A DNA stretch of 64,000 bases from Paragordius varius (lineage: Eukaryota; Animalia; Nematomorpha). Positions 13,122-28,400 of the stretch are shown here, piece by piece. Made by a program: the position numbers and the translations under genes. Below the pieces are notes generated by a model that saw only the letters and a list, made by a program, of their open reading frames with translations, was not told where the DNA came from and did no database searches. Positions within the stretch are counted from its first letter, which is position 1. Every line of letters starts with the position of its first letter. The DNA is taken from NCBI GenBank assembly GCA_964247055.1, contig OZ176053.1, positions 6,572,001 through 6,636,000 of the forward strand, in the 5' to 3' direction.

Positions 13122-14418
13122 GTTTTAAAAATATATTAATAGAAAACGCTCCCGTGGGTTTGTCACTTTCTATCTCCAATATTAACTATCGATTAACAAC
13201 ATATTAGAATGCATTTTATAGAATTTTCACTTATTGTTTGGATAATATATTACAAATGGGCATTTGTTGAATATTTACAAAGAAAAATAATAGCAAAAAA
13301 TGAAAAAAATACTATAAGTCAATAATAGTGCCCTTTGTTCTATATATGCAAATAATTAATAACTTTCAAGCAATATATACTTATTCATACTGTAATTTGT
13401 TGTTTAGTGATACTATAGAAACTCAAACGAATTTAAATTTTAACTCTGAACTTTTTGCGCATAGCCTCTGGCCCAATGTATGAAATCAAACTAATGGTCC
13501 TTCAAGTTTTTAACTTTACACTTTTAATTCGCATTTATTTGATCACTATTTCATATCGAGCATTATGTTCAGGTGTAGCAAAAAATTGAACCAAATTATT
13601 GGATAAATTTATTTAATATATAAATGGATAAAAGCAGGTATTGTACACATATAAATATAATTTGGTCAATGCATTAGTAACATTTATAATTCATTAACTA
13701 AAAATAAAAATTCAATCTTGTGATAAGCTTTATTATCTATCTGTATATATATAATAAAAAATTTGACAAGGATCCCTGAGTAAAAAAAATTGTTTGAAAA
13801 TGAAAAATTAATTGCAATGCAAACGGAGAGAGAGTATTAAGGTAAAGTAAAAAGCATCTAATATATCATATGGACCTGATAAATGAAAGCATTTAAACCA
13901 AACTTATCTTTTTAAATCATCTGAAAATATTGATATTCACATATTATTTTTTAAGCATTAGATATGGATAAATATATAAAAAATATTATATGGTGTGGTC
14001 CTTTTTGTTAAAATTAGAGGTAGAACATATAACTTCATTGTGAATCGCATAATTACATAAAAAATCATATATATATAAATAATTACACTGAATAATTGTT
14101 AACATTAGATGCATTATTTCACAGAAGGATAATATCGTTTTACCTAAAAGTGCCGATCGGGCGCTGAAATTATATTTGTAATGCTTAATTTTAATAGCAT
14201 ATATATTTATATTTTCTTTAAATTTTATATATATACAGTGGAGACTAAAGAAATATTTTTGTAATATGTTGTGATTAATTGTTGCTTTGCAAATTGCATG
14301 AAAACCTGAGATTTAATTGTGTACTCCAAAATATCCTAATATTCGAATTTCGCTGCATTCATACGTTTTAAAGTTTTATACACACGTTCATGTAATAATA
14401 TCTATCAATATAGGAAGG

Positions 14419-17400
14419 TTATCCATAATCTTTTGCTGATAAATTTGTTTTAGGTCCAAATATAATTGGTATTTCATTATTTTTACCATCTTTTTTAATT
14501 TCTGCCAAGCTATCATCTCTAAGATTATTTATTGTTGGTGTTGATGCCCGCAAACTCATCATATATTTAGAATAATATGCCTGCATAAGCATAATATAAT
14601 TCGACAAATGCGGATTTGATAAGTACTCATTATGCGGCATTGGAATTTCATTTTGTCCAGTATCTTTTGATCCTTGAAAATCTTTTTGCGACAGGCACAC
14701 TGATGAGCTATCACTGATGGATTTTGTTGTATTTTCTTCGACGCTTTTACTGCTATTTAAACTAGAATCGTGGTCTGTTTTACAGCTGAAAGTGGATGTT
14801 TGATAATTGTTAGATAGGTTGGAATTAGGACTTACAATAACGCTAGTGTTTGGAGAGTTGGGCCCTAAGTGATGGCGTACGCTATTTCCGAAACTATCTA
14901 TGCATGAAATGGATAAATCTGAAAAGGATTCATTTTCTGTTGCGTTGACATAATCTATATATATATTAATATAAATTATATAAATTTAAAAGTAAAATAT
15001 GCGTGTGTTTAAATGGTCAATTTTATTCAAAATTAAATTATATCCAAATTTATAACCGTCTACTCCTGCTTTGTAATCTTGACAACAAGACAATGAATAT
15101 TGTTTGGCCGCCGATATATGAGATGATTGGGGACAAGGTTCTGACTGATGAGATAGCGTGGAATGTGTTTGCGTTAAATTTTGTTGAGTTTTTCCGAATT
15201 GCTTACCATTGTGATTATCATTATTGTTGTTATCATTGTTATTGTTAGAAGTCGTTGTAATTGTTTCTGAAGCTCTCTGTGTTAATTTTAAGATTATGAC
15301 AGATAAATAAAAAATTGAACAAAATAAAAATGCAAAAGGTAAAATAAATGAGAGTAATAAATCCCTTTTTAATAAAATTAAATCATTTAACGATAATACC
15401 ATTATATCAATTGAAATAAGCGTAAACTAGATACACACACTATATAATTAAAGTCAAAAAATGATGCATAAAGCAGTTGTGCCCTTGGCGTGTTAACAGA
15501 TGATTTAAGAGGCGCAAAACTAAAATTTTATCTTTGTCTGAAAAAGATCGATATCAATAATGATATAGCTTGGTTACAGCCATGTAATATTTTAGTGGCT
15601 CCATTACAAAAAATGAAGGCCGGCGGCCTACTGAAAACATAGAACATAATCAATTAACTGGGCCAAAAATCGCTTGATTTTTTGGAGTATAGTATTTTAA
15701 AAAAATGTCATGTTACGTGAGAGGAATGGCTATATGGGAATATTTAAAAATGTAGTCTGACTATGTTCGGCGCATTCGTATAAAAATAAAAAATAGATTT
15801 GAATGGGCATAAACGCTTTCCTGTTAATTGTATCAAAGACACGATAAGAATTTATCAATAAAAAAAGTTTTCCATTTGTGAACTTAATGAGTCTACTCGT
15901 TTTCAACGAAAATCAAAACCAACGTTCTACATTTTTTACATTTTTATAAATTGCTTTAATTTCCGATAATCCTTATATATTGTAAAAATATAACTCCCTA
16001 AATAAAATATTTAATAATTTTTACCTGAAACACTTCATCTAACTCCAAATGACCCATTCCTTCTAATGTTAAAAGATTTATCCATCCTTTCCACAGCACA
16101 GGTAAACCATCCAAAATCATACGGGAGGTTAAAAAGACCTAAAATATACATAATGTATTTAATATATTTTGTCACAAAGTATGAACTGTATTATAAAATT
16201 ATTATTGCAATTATGATTCCGCTAAAATTATATGATTGTGAATTTTCGATTAATACTAGTAATCTCCGTCAAACGTAAAAAATAAAATTAAAATATAAAA
16301 TAAAAATAAAGTATAAAAATTTAAAAACCAACTAAGGTTATAGTTAGAGAATGCCTATAGGAAGCTATTATAAATGATCCATGCTAACAGCTTTTTTTAC
16401 TGTTAGTCTTCCATGAAACTAAATAAAATTGCCGTTTCAATTCTGTTATATAAGATTATTATGTGTTTTTTTTAATTTTGACAATACTGTGCATATATAT
16501 ATATATATATATAACTAAAACAATGCAACTGATAATATTAATTATGAGATAGAATTATTTCCTATAAAAAAGAAAAACTATTTCGCTTTAATCAAAATAT
16601 ATCCTTGATAAATAAAGAGGATTTTTAATAGATCATATGTAACAAGCATGCCATCACATGTTGAAAAGTCTCATTGAATTTTTTAAGTTATATGGCAAAG
16701 CCCAACATTTTAAAAGTTAAGTTTTTGAAAAATTAAAGTTTTCAAATTCTCTATTCTTTTCACAAAACAGCAAAATACATTAATTTATTTCGAGATCGAG
16801 AGCGAAAAATGTGGCATATTATCAGAAGTCAACAAAGCGGTAAATATTTTAAGGAAAAATGTCAAATATCGAGTGCAAGGCTTATTTAGTTTACAATAAA
16901 AAATTGAACACTTAATCGAATCAAAACAACGGCACACCATTTCTAATAAAATGTTGCAGAAAACACTCTTAACTTCTTTTTTGCATAATCATAGAATTTT
17001 CTCTTACTATAAAAAATATCAAATACAAAATCAATATCAAAGTTACAGCAAATTTTTTTTACTTTGTTCTTAAATATAATAAATTTGTAATATCTTTTTA
17101 TGTATTGAATGCGACGCGCCGGATATGTGCCAACAATGGTGACCCTATCAAGTTGTTAAGTAATATTATGCGCCTAAGTTATTTCATATACATATTGGTA
17201 GTGGTCAATTAAATTTCATTTGAACTGCGTTCATTATTTATAATAATACATGGTTTTTCCAAAAAAAGTCAAGTTTTTACATAAATAGAATAATAAAATC
17301 AATTTTGTACTTTGTTATTATCAATGTCAAATATAACACTCTGGTTTGAGGGTCGATGAGTATGGCGATTATTGCAAAGAGGTATAGTATTTGAGCAAAG

Positions 17401-19474
17401 AACAAGAGGTAAGCAATACCCAGTGCTTAGAAATGCCTAAAATATCAAATATAGTTTTGTTATCACATTTTTTATCTGAAAAGATTAGTATTTAACCAAA
17501 AATCGGAATTTTTCGTTCAGAAACATAAATATTTATAATTCAATTAATTCTGATCCAGATCGTTGATTTCAAACGTATCAAAAAGGTAAAATTTGTATGT
17601 ATGATTAATTTTAGGGTGTATTTTTTGAGTATTTTTTTAGGTAAAATAAATGAATATGCCCCTAAAGAAATTCGGGTTAAACGTTATTTAATAAAGAGAC
17701 CAAACAGTTAATTATCAGATTTTTATATTTATAGTGTTAGCTTAAAATATTATAATAATATACAATAGTACAAACTCTATAAATATAGATGAAATATACG
17801 AAATCCAACACTGAATTCAAGGCTTTTTATATTTCAATATTACCACATCTAAAATACGGAGAAAGTTTCAAAAAAGTATCGAATTTTGTAAAATATAGGT
17901 AATATTTTTGAAAAAGCGGCATATTTCAAAACGTATTTTACCGAACACCAATTTAACAAAAAATATAAAATAACCTCAAAAATTTTATTTTAAATTAAAA
18001 AATTATTAAAAAAAACAATAGGCCTTATCAAAATACTATTTACACACATAACAAGTCTTAAAATTTTATTGACATTTTTATTAAAAAATTATATGCGAAA
18101 GTTTCAGTGTATATATTTTAAATTGATTTTAATAATTTTTATATAAAAATTCCAAAACTAAACATGCCCCCAAATCCAGTTATGCACAAATTATTAAACA
18201 AGAGTGTTTGTAACTATTCACACACATATGATAATCAGCTGTTTGATATATATTTTGCATATCTTTTATACGGAGATCGACCCCATATTTATTGAGTACC
18301 CAATTAACCAGACCCCTAAATTAAGCTATGTTTTAGATGATACATATATATATGGCACACAACTTTAACCTTAAAACTATAATATAATTAGACACAAAAA
18401 TTACAGCAAATCATACACGATATTGTAACCAAAATAAGACTCTTATTAAATAAATTTACTATTTCAATATATCCTTCTTGGCATTCTCTAAAGAAATTAG
18501 CTTTTCGTTCCTCCATAGGTTTATCTCGGTGTCCAATATATATGATCTAATAATATAAAAGTTAAAGCATACACAATAAATAAATCTCAATCAACTATAT
18601 TTTTAAAAAGAGACAAATAAAAAATCAAAAAACAAAATTAAGACATCAAAGGTCAATTTTAATTGTTAAAACTTGTAGTGCTAAAGAACAGACAGCCCCT
18701 TCAAAAAATGAAAAACACCTATTTATCATTCTTACTATGGAGCAACGTGCTAAAAATTGTTTGCTTTAACCAAAAAGAAAAAAAAAACAAAAATCAATAG
18801 TTTAACCCACCCAATGTGAATTTTCTTATGTGTTTGGGCCTCATTTAAGACATACACAGATATAGATGGATATAAAATAAAAACACATGATTTAAAAATT
18901 TTCAATGTATCATTATAAATAATGTTGATGAGAAAGTAGCTATTTCAGTTATTTTAATGTAAGGTCCTATTTAGGATTAGATAAGCATAATCAATTGTCA
19001 AAATTATTTTTAAATAATTTTTTTTATATGTCATACCCTAACTGTAACGATGAATATAATAAACAAATTAATGTTTTACAACACATATCTTATGATATAA
19101 AATTTTATAAAAAAAATATTTTTATGATAAATTAATAAAATGGGAAATATGATTTTTGATTTTCAATCTGTAGGTCAAATTGAAGGCGTGTCTAGGCAGG
19201 TGTTAAAACTTCCCTGGGTCGTTTTTTAATTTAAACTCTTATATACCCTTAAAAATAATATTGTCTTAAAATTTAATTTTTGATGTTACACCCTTATATA
19301 TATTTATTCGAAACATTTAAAATTTATTTCATTACAATTAATTACTCCTATGTTTTTACACAGAATCGCTCTCATATCTATAGTTTGAAAATTTTAAACT
19401 TTACTAATAATTACCTGTCGATCCACACCGGAATGCTGTTTAAATATTTCTTCATTGTCGAAACGTGACACCAT
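14419..19474 (-). CDS. CBFB: Core-binding factor beta subunit (Runx partner; Brother/Big brother family) with long low-complexity C-terminal tail
   Basis: Exons 19474-19415 (MVSRFDNEEIFKQHSG), 18546-18460 (IIYIGHRDKPMEERKANFFRECQEGYIEI), 17436-17311 (AFLSTG..) and 16138-16025 (VFLTSRMILDGLPVLWKGWINLLTLEGMGHLELDE) match the CBF-beta domain. They are followed by 15276-15057 and 14954-14419 (N/S/T-rich) in compatible phase. Confidence 0.9.
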
Positions 19475-21360
19475 ACGTCATAAGCGAGGAGTCTCTATGG
19501 GTTGTAATCAATAAAAAATCATATATATACACTGAGTATTATTCAATATATTAAATTTTTGAGCGAATTCGGATAATTTGTTTAAGCTTTGTCGTTAAAT
19601 TGCAGATAATTTTCGGTAATGATCGCTGGATTTAATATTATTAGTGTGTGAAAATTAAAAGAATTTTCAAAACCAATCATTATAAAAAATAACATCAAAA
19701 TTAAGATAAATTATTAAGGTCAATATTATGGTTAATACGAAAAAAAAGACGAACAGTACATAAGAACAAAAAATATGATTTTGTTACGTAAAATGCTGTA
19801 TCATCCTTTTTTTTCTGCTCTACTTTACATTCTTACAAAATGAAAAAAAATGGGCAAACGAACACATAGCATATAATATTAAGTAAAAAGGCTTATAAAA
19901 GGTCCTAATACTCTTTATTAGTGTGTTCAATATGACTTTGTATATCTCTCGTTTTTTTTGATAAAATAAGCCCAAATACCTTCTTTTTGCCATAAGTTCT
20001 CATAGTGAAACATAACATTTAGTAAAAATACCAACAAAAATAAATAAATTATCTGAGTATGATGATCTAGGGGAATTTTTGGTGTAAAAATCACATATCT
20101 TTGGTTTATATCGAAAAATTTCATGTGTTTATTGTCCTATAATTTAGGCGACAATTTATGTATTGGCATTTTATTAAAATGAATATTTCAATTACAGAAT
20201 AATAAAAGTTTGTAAAATGTAAGGTTTAATATTGTAAAACCTATTGATGATCAATATATTTTAGAGATCTCAGTATATCAACACCACCGATTTGTATTTT
20301 GTACCATATAACTAAATATATTTGTTAACCTACAGAGGTTGTATCATAAAAAATACCAAATAATTTAAATATAATCATATTCAACAATTAAGATTCAAAA
20401 ATTAGCCTAAAAAATGTTTTATTTATTATACATCCATGAATGAAATAAAAAACCGTAATAGAAAAAAGATGAATATACCCTTTTAAAAACCCAAATATGC
20501 AATGTTTAAATAGGGCAGATGGATGTGAGGCATGTTCTTACATATAACATTAATAGCACACCAGAAATATTTAAACTATTCAACCAAATTATATTAAAAA
20601 AATGCATCATAAAAACGTTATTTTGCCTAAAGTCGATAATATTTTTTACTGTAAATGTAAAAATAAATATTTATTATGTGCGATATGAGATAGTTATCTC
20701 CAACACTAGGCAAGAAGGCACACACAATATGGTTTCTGATCTTTTTTTTCAATATAAAGATTGAAAAGTAATAAAACTAAAACATTTTTTAACAAAAAAT
20801 TTCCCTAAAAAATAAAATATATAACGGAAATAAGAAATAACCAATCACTCGCATACCATTTGAAAATACCAAATATTGTGAAAAGAATCAGTTAATTTAA
20901 TAAAAACTAAAATAATTATAAAAAGCTGATATTGTTTTCCCAATATTATTCTATAAAGACCAACATAAATATGGATAAAAGAATCCATGATATGATAAAG
21001 AGATAAAATGTTGGTAATGATACACTTAAGTATACGTACAAATATTTTTTACCTTTAACTATTAAATAAACACACGATAATATATATGCCAAAACACCGA
21101 AAACGTTTCTAGTTCTCTATAAGATTTTTAACCATACTTCTAAAATACAATTACAATATGCACATTCGTGTTTGTTAAATCACTTATCTTTGACCAATTG
21201 ACAATACAATAGCGCATGGGTAAACAACAACTAATGGTTGAATTAAAAAAATTTGTTCCTTTTACAACAAAAAATTTAATTTGATATGGACAAAATTTGT
21301 TTTATATCATACACTACTGTATTAGCAATCGGCCAAAATAATGTTAATTGAGAAACATTA

Positions 21361-21556
21361 CAGTCATGTATCCTTTATTTTATCAAAATTTAATTTTTTT
21401 TTGTTAAATGGATATAAATATTTGGTAAATAATGGAAAAAACAAGAGCTCTATGGTATTGACAATATCATTCCCTCAAAAAAGAATAAGAATTACCATAG
21501 AGCTACCCATTTAACGAAAAAAAATAATTTTTGATAAAATAAAGGATATATGACTG
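21361..21556. mobile_element. 196-bp MITE, TA|CAGTCATG termini (Tc1/pogo-like)
   Basis: ta|cagtcatgtatcctttattttatcaaaa ... ttttgataaaataaaggatatatgactg|ta. It shares TIR sequence with the 45028-46058 and 46070-46265 elements. Confidence 0.8.
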
Positions 21557-22084
21557 TAATATGCATGCATACTGTAATTATCAATCTGACTGCTGAAATG
21601 CAATCATTCATAAGCACATATCACTATTAAAACTGTAAATATGTTGTTACTAAACCCAACAAAATTTAGTTAACTCTTAAAGATATAAGATATCCATAAC
21701 AATTAATGCATATTTGATTAAAATAAAAAAATTGTCAATATATGGAAGACGAATTTTTGAGAGCAGTCACAACAGCCTTTTCTAAAAAGTCAATTAAGTC
21801 GCTTATAACCAATAATATTGCTGTTCTATGATAAATTTTTAATTACAATAAAAAAATGTCTTATTATTACTATCAAACATATTTATTAAAAGATTACAGT
21901 TAAAAGAAAGATTAAATTAATATTATAATGTGTTATCGAGGAAGTTAATGTAAGTAAAGCGAAAAGGGTTGGATTCACACAAGGATCAGTGGTCATAACC
22001 TCTATAAGAACATAGATACAAAATCTTTATTTGAAAAAAACATTTTTTTCAAACTTATACTTTAATTAAAGTATATGTTACTTT

Positions 22085-22590
22085 TTTGACAGTTTACCTT
22101 TTGGGGAATTTTTATATACCAGGGCTAAATTTTGTAAATCTAAGATTGAAAGCCATGTTAGTTAAAATCTAATTATCCAACATTATTCTCATGAATTGGA
22201 AAAAGCTTATATTTTTTACAGTTTTGTGACTTTCACTGAAATTGAGACAGCTCAAAAACATGATTGAAATGAACAGTTGATATTGAAAAATAAAAATATA
22301 TCAAGTTTTTGCGGGTAAAATGTAGCCTGAAAGCTTCAAGTTAGCTATTTGCATTTTCTAGCTATAATAGACATTTATTTGTGTGTTGCATTAGCGTTTT
22401 ATAAAAATCATAGAAAAAAATGGCGGTAAATTGAGATGAATTTTAGTTTTACATTTTTTAAAAAAAATTGGTTTAATGAGCCTAAAAGAGTAAAGAAAGC
22501 ATATTTTTCGGCTTAATATATTAAATACATTTTAGGATATTCATATCGCTCTCATATATAAAACTACCTAAAAAGTTAATGGAGTGTTAA
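22085..22590 (+). repeat. Dispersed ~500-bp repeat
   Basis: Colinear with ~54700-55225 (ccag.gct.aatttgtaaatcta, aaaagcttatattttt.cagttttgtgactt, aaaatggcgg, atataaaactacc.aaaag.taatg.agtgttaa). A degenerate third piece lies at ~10060-10180. Confidence 0.8.
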
Positions 22591-25437
22591 TATTAAAATT
22601 AAAACTTGTGATGTTTTCCAACAAGGCTAATTATTTCTATGCATATCTGACCAAAAATCAGATTAATTTGTTCAACACAAATCCTAAACACCAATTAATA
22701 ATCAAAACACCTCTTACGAAAACTATAATAGATCGATCAAATCTATTTTTATGTAACAAAAAGTTAGGCACCAGTACCCAAAAAAATATTATTTCGACAA
22801 TTTATATGGAAAATATGAAGTATGGCATCATCAACAAGCGATAAGTTTTAAATTAAAACAATATTAAAATCATTATTCTACACCAATATACTTACACAAA
22901 AACTAAAGAATAGAAATTAAATAAAACAGCTCCAAACCGCCTTTATTTACTTAATATTCTTATCATTATTTTATATATTGATTTATAGTCATTATGAACA
23001 AACATAAAATTTGGTCATTCAAATTTAAGTTTATTAATTCAAAGTTTCTTTACAAATTTTATTAACAAAACTAAAATAAAAAGAGAATATAGGCGAAATC
23101 AATGAAAGAGACAGTTAATCGCCAAATTAAATGATTAATGTCTAATAAAAATTGTATTTATTTATTATAAAAACGACATAAGCCTATAGCTCAATGCATA
23201 ATAAACGCCAACTTTAATACTTTATTTCGATAACATAAAAAACTTTTCAAAAATATTAATATTTATTACGCTATAATGAATATTACCTTATAATTATGTA
23301 AAAAGTCTCAAGGATACGAATAATTTCAATCCAAACGGAAAATTTAAAAATTAAAATATAAAAATGGCTCAATAAGATTAAGCGCGCCATTTAACAGTCT
23401 TATTTCTGCTAATAAGCTGGGCCAACGATTCCAAGAATTTTAACTGCGAGAGCAACATAGGGGGGGAAAAACAAAAATATTATTGCACTTGTTTAATTAT
23501 TATTATTGTAATAAATACTAGTAAATATGTTTAATTTGCATATTGTACGTTAAAAATAAAAAGTACAATATATATTTAGCTGACTCACGGTTCATGATAA
23601 TTGTTACGAGACGAGACAATACGGAGAAATAACACACACGTTGGGTTATATTTAGTTAATTATTATTATTATTATAAAATATACGTAATTTAAGAACAGA
23701 TAGGCAGTTTTCAGGGAATTTTATAATAGGAATTGTGGATTTTTAGGATAGTGGAAACTCATGCATGATTGTAATAAAATTCAATTTTTATTTTAAACGA
23801 TGATTATATAAAGATAATTATATATGATATTTCCGATAAATTAATTAATTGTAAAAATTGATTATAAGCATTATTACTATATCGTTTTAATTTTGGTTAT
23901 AACATATATTTACCTATTCAAATATTTATTTTACTACTCTCCTTATATAAATAATATACCGCGTTTTTACGGCTGACGTTACCTTGAAATTTCCCAAAAG
24001 GTAATAAATTAAATGCTTAATATGCAATATAACAATACACAATCGGGTAACTTGCACACCTATTTTATTACATTTCTTTTTTCCATACACTACTACTGTG
24101 TTGCAAATTGCCCAAATATAGTGTGAAATAAGCAACCATTAAAATGCACATACTGTATATTTGATTTATAAGCCAATTTACAGTATACATACACAATTAT
24201 GTTGGTAAAATTGTAATACATTAGCGTATGGTATAAAACAAATGTTGTCTCGAATTAAATAAATAAAAGGTAAAAATTGTTTATTTTAACATTTTGTTGT
24301 TTTTAATCCACACACTAACGTGTTGCCAATTGACCAACTATAATGTAAATAAGCCACACACTGAACCTGATATTACTTTGATAAAATAACATATATTGGA
24401 ATAATTCTATTAACACCGCATAAAATATCATCTTTTTATCATAGTTGGGAGAGATTAAAAATTACAGTCAAACTCTTTTTTGCGTAGATTGTTTTTATTA
24501 ACTGACTCTTTTTTAGCAATATTTAAATTTAAATATTTTAATTTTTACACGTGATTATATTGGCAACTTTGTGCATTTAACATATTCGCTTACTTTAATT
24601 CGTCTGGTAAAAAAATATTATAAGATTTAAGCCATTTATTCTCCACAAAATATTTGATTTTTCTAAATTTATTTTTTTTGACAGTAATTTTTAATCAGGA
24701 TTGAGTAAAATAATTAATATAATTCAAATTGTAAAATTATGATAGGAATGATAATTTCACTTAATATGTTTAGTTGTAAAATAATTCGAATTAATTAAGG
24801 CATATATTTAAATACCTAACTAAAAAAACAAACGAAATTTATCCAATTATAATACCAATATTTATTTATTTTAATTTATCATTTTTTAATATCAATTAAA
24901 TATGTTAATAAATCTTTGAAATTCAAAAATAGCAGTTTTTATCCATTAATGTGCCACAACGTTTTCCGCAAAATTGTATCAAAGCCACCATTTCACATTT
25001 TTATTAATATATGGATTTGTTAAGCCTATCGCCGAATACACCCATTTATAAATATTTTACCATTGTTACAAGTGTCACGGTTAAAAATAATAAGGTATAT
25101 TTATATATATAAATTTAAAAATTTATTTTTAATCTATAGTGACTTGGTACTTATTGTTAATAAATATGGTTGGCGGAATGTATAATTTGTGGATATTGGG
25201 TAAAATTATATGGGAGAAGTTAAAAATTAAAATTTACATATTAAAATATAGTTACAGATAAATAAATATATGATTAAAAAGCTATAATATGCAACATATA
25301 TAAATTAAATAATATATTTAACGCAAGCTAATTCATAACAATTGCAAATATTATATATTAAAAATAATGTGGTTTATTGCATTTTAAATTTACAAACGAC
25401 AACACCTATATTAAAAATATTTTTTATGACTTATTTT

Positions 25438-28400
25438 TTAATTTGACAAAGAAACTGTGGAATGGGTAGAGGATACGGTCATTGAATTTTGAGCTGATGA
25501 AGAAATATTATCGGGCAAAACAGTGCTGTTTTCCATATCTTGTGCTGCTGAAGACAGATTTTTCATGATGCTTAAATCCAAAGACAGTTTTTCTAAATTC
25601 TAACCATATACCATAATATATTAATAATTATGTTTAATGTTTTTAGAATATATAAGCTCAATCAAACATTTACAGTTATAAAGCAGTATATTTGGATTTT
25701 AAATGGAAAATAACACTTTTAAAAAAATATATATTTTAAATTAAATAAACCAATAAAATTGATTTTAATCATGTAATCAACATTTAAAAATTCAAGTATT
25801 GAACAAATATTTTAATTTTTTGACTAGTATTTTTGAGCGCGGTCACTATCATGGTCATGAATGTTGTATTCGTAAGCGGTCTAACCTAATATGACATATA
25901 CTTAAATTATTTGAAATTGGAGTATATAATTTTTAACCAAAATTAACGAATTAAAAGTTGAATGCTATACGACCTGTTCTAACATAATGTTTTTTGTCAA
26001 AGTTTCTTCCAACATGGATTTCAAGCGTTTGTTCATGGTATGAATGTCAGAAGCAACAGATGAAGTATTCAAAAATGAATTTGTACTAGTTGCCATACTC
26101 CCATGCACGTTATCCGAATTAAGGAGAGAGTTAAGCTTTTGTGATATAATTTTTTTGAATGGATTTATTATGGTGGTAGATTCTGGGGTTGGATATAGAG
26201 GAAAGATATTTAATGCATTTATTTATTGTCAGGGTTCAGATTTTAAATAAGTTAAAAAAAATTGACCCGTAGAGGAAATAATATGGATGCTAGTTTACCT
26301 ACTTGAATAAAGATTAAGAATTTGCAATATACCAATATTATGTTAAAAATAAAGCTTCGTGTTTATAATCTAATATTTCCAACCAAAAAACTCACAAAAA
26401 GGATAATATTTATAATGATTTTAAGCTTAAAAATTAACAATAAAACGAATCTCAGAAAACCAAAAATAAAAATTATAATTTGTAAATATTCATAGACCTA
26501 GATACATATTTCATAAAAAGAATAAGTATCAACTAACCTAAGTGATGGTGATTATTATCATAATTGTTATAAATTTTAGCGTTTGACAAACGGCGTACAT
26601 TAAGTATTGGTTCTTGTTGCGTAGACGTGCCTTTAGTTTTAAAAACATCAAAACTACTATTGTTGCCTGTTTGAGTCATGCTTAATTTCGCTTCAATAAA
26701 TTCATTCTTGGCCATTAGGTCATGGGCTAAGCCCGAAGCACTGTCTTCCAAATATCGGACCCGTTCACGTAACATACAAAGCTCTTGATGTGGTGAAAGA
26801 ATTACATTATTTCCATTTGAATTGGAGGGACTACTCAACTCTTGGGATCCGTAAGTTATGTCATCAATGGAAAATTTCTATACATAAACAATCGATTTTC
26901 GTTAGTTTTGATTAATTTAAAAAGAAAAAAATAACATTTTTATGTGAACATATACTTTGTTTTAAGGCTGAAGCTTGAGAATATTATATAACCCGTAAAT
27001 ATATTATATCGAAACAAAGAAAAGTAATTAAAAATTATACTTTAACCCTAGCAATGTCGCTTTTATTAGATTTCCGCATACCCATATTAAATGTACAAAA
27101 ATAATTTATTTCAAACTAACCTCTAATTTTACAAGGCATAATAACGTTTGAGGAGCAACAGAATTTACTTTAAATTTTTTTTTATATAATTAAAGCTTTT
27201 AGAAAAAACTAATGAATTGATTGCGTATAAAATAATATAATTAGGTGGAACAGATAATAACCTATGCAAAAACCATAAATTTAATTTCCCCCCCCCCATA
27301 ATATTTAAATAAATAGCGCTTAAAGTAAAAGATCATCCAAATCCTGCGTTAAAAATTTTGTAAAAATTATAAAAAAATATTGTTTTTAATTTTTTACTAA
27401 ATATTATGTAGTACATTGTCAAATATAATATATATATATGTATTTAGCAAAATAATGGTTGGTTGGAAGCTTGAGGTCCATTAACTACCGTTAGCAATTT
27501 TATAGAAAAACTTCCTCCATTCGGTTCTGCCATAAACTTTAAAGGGTATTTTTCGCAGGAATTATTTATTATGTTTTGTTCATCCAACGGATGTGTCTGC
27601 CTATCTTCTCATGCCGTTAACTTTCCCATAACTATATCGTTTTCTAAAGAAGTTCCTCCTATTAGATGTCCAAAGTAGCTGAATTTTAGTGTTATATATG
27701 TGCATTGATATTGTTTATGAAATCTGTGTTTTTCACTTTCAGCTTCCATGTTATGCAAACATTTTCCTCCAACAAAACAATTCAAAAGCATTTTTCTTTT
27801 TTCATCATCGTTTTTATTTGCCCGACTTTCACAGCCGTATAACATGATAGGGAATCAGCGCGTTTACTAATCGAATTTTTATTTTTATTGTATAGTATGT
27901 GAACTCCATAGTTTTTTATGGCAAAGTGAATATACGTCTTTTTATTAGAGCAAGTGTCAGTAACCAGCTCTATGTATTAGCTATCCACTTTATTAGAAAT
28001 TATAGATATGGGAGCATAGTTTAAGTTTTGCTAAGATTGAATGATAAATCATATTTTTTGTGGACATATATGAAAATGCTAATGCTGTTTTCAAGATTTG
28101 TTTGTCAATTGGCTAAATTTACCTATAGTCGGCATAGTGAAAGTCGTCAGAGTGTTACCCCTTACTTTTATTCCTGTCAGATTTAGCTCTCTCGTTTCTG
28201 AGACACGTTGAACAACATGGGAAATAATATGTAATATTAACGTAAACCAGTGTTCATTGGGCTCCAAGTGGTCTGGCCATGCGGGGTGGTAAGTAATAGG
28301 GATAAATTGGCGCATATATGAAATTGTTAAAGGGTATTGCGTATAACGTATTAGAACAAAGTGAAAAACTTTGATTTCGCTAACAAAATCAAATAACACT

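Noticed and set aside
21930-22010. GFTQGSVV resembling the RT GVPQGS motif
   Set aside because: It is too short and has no supporting RT motifs nearby.
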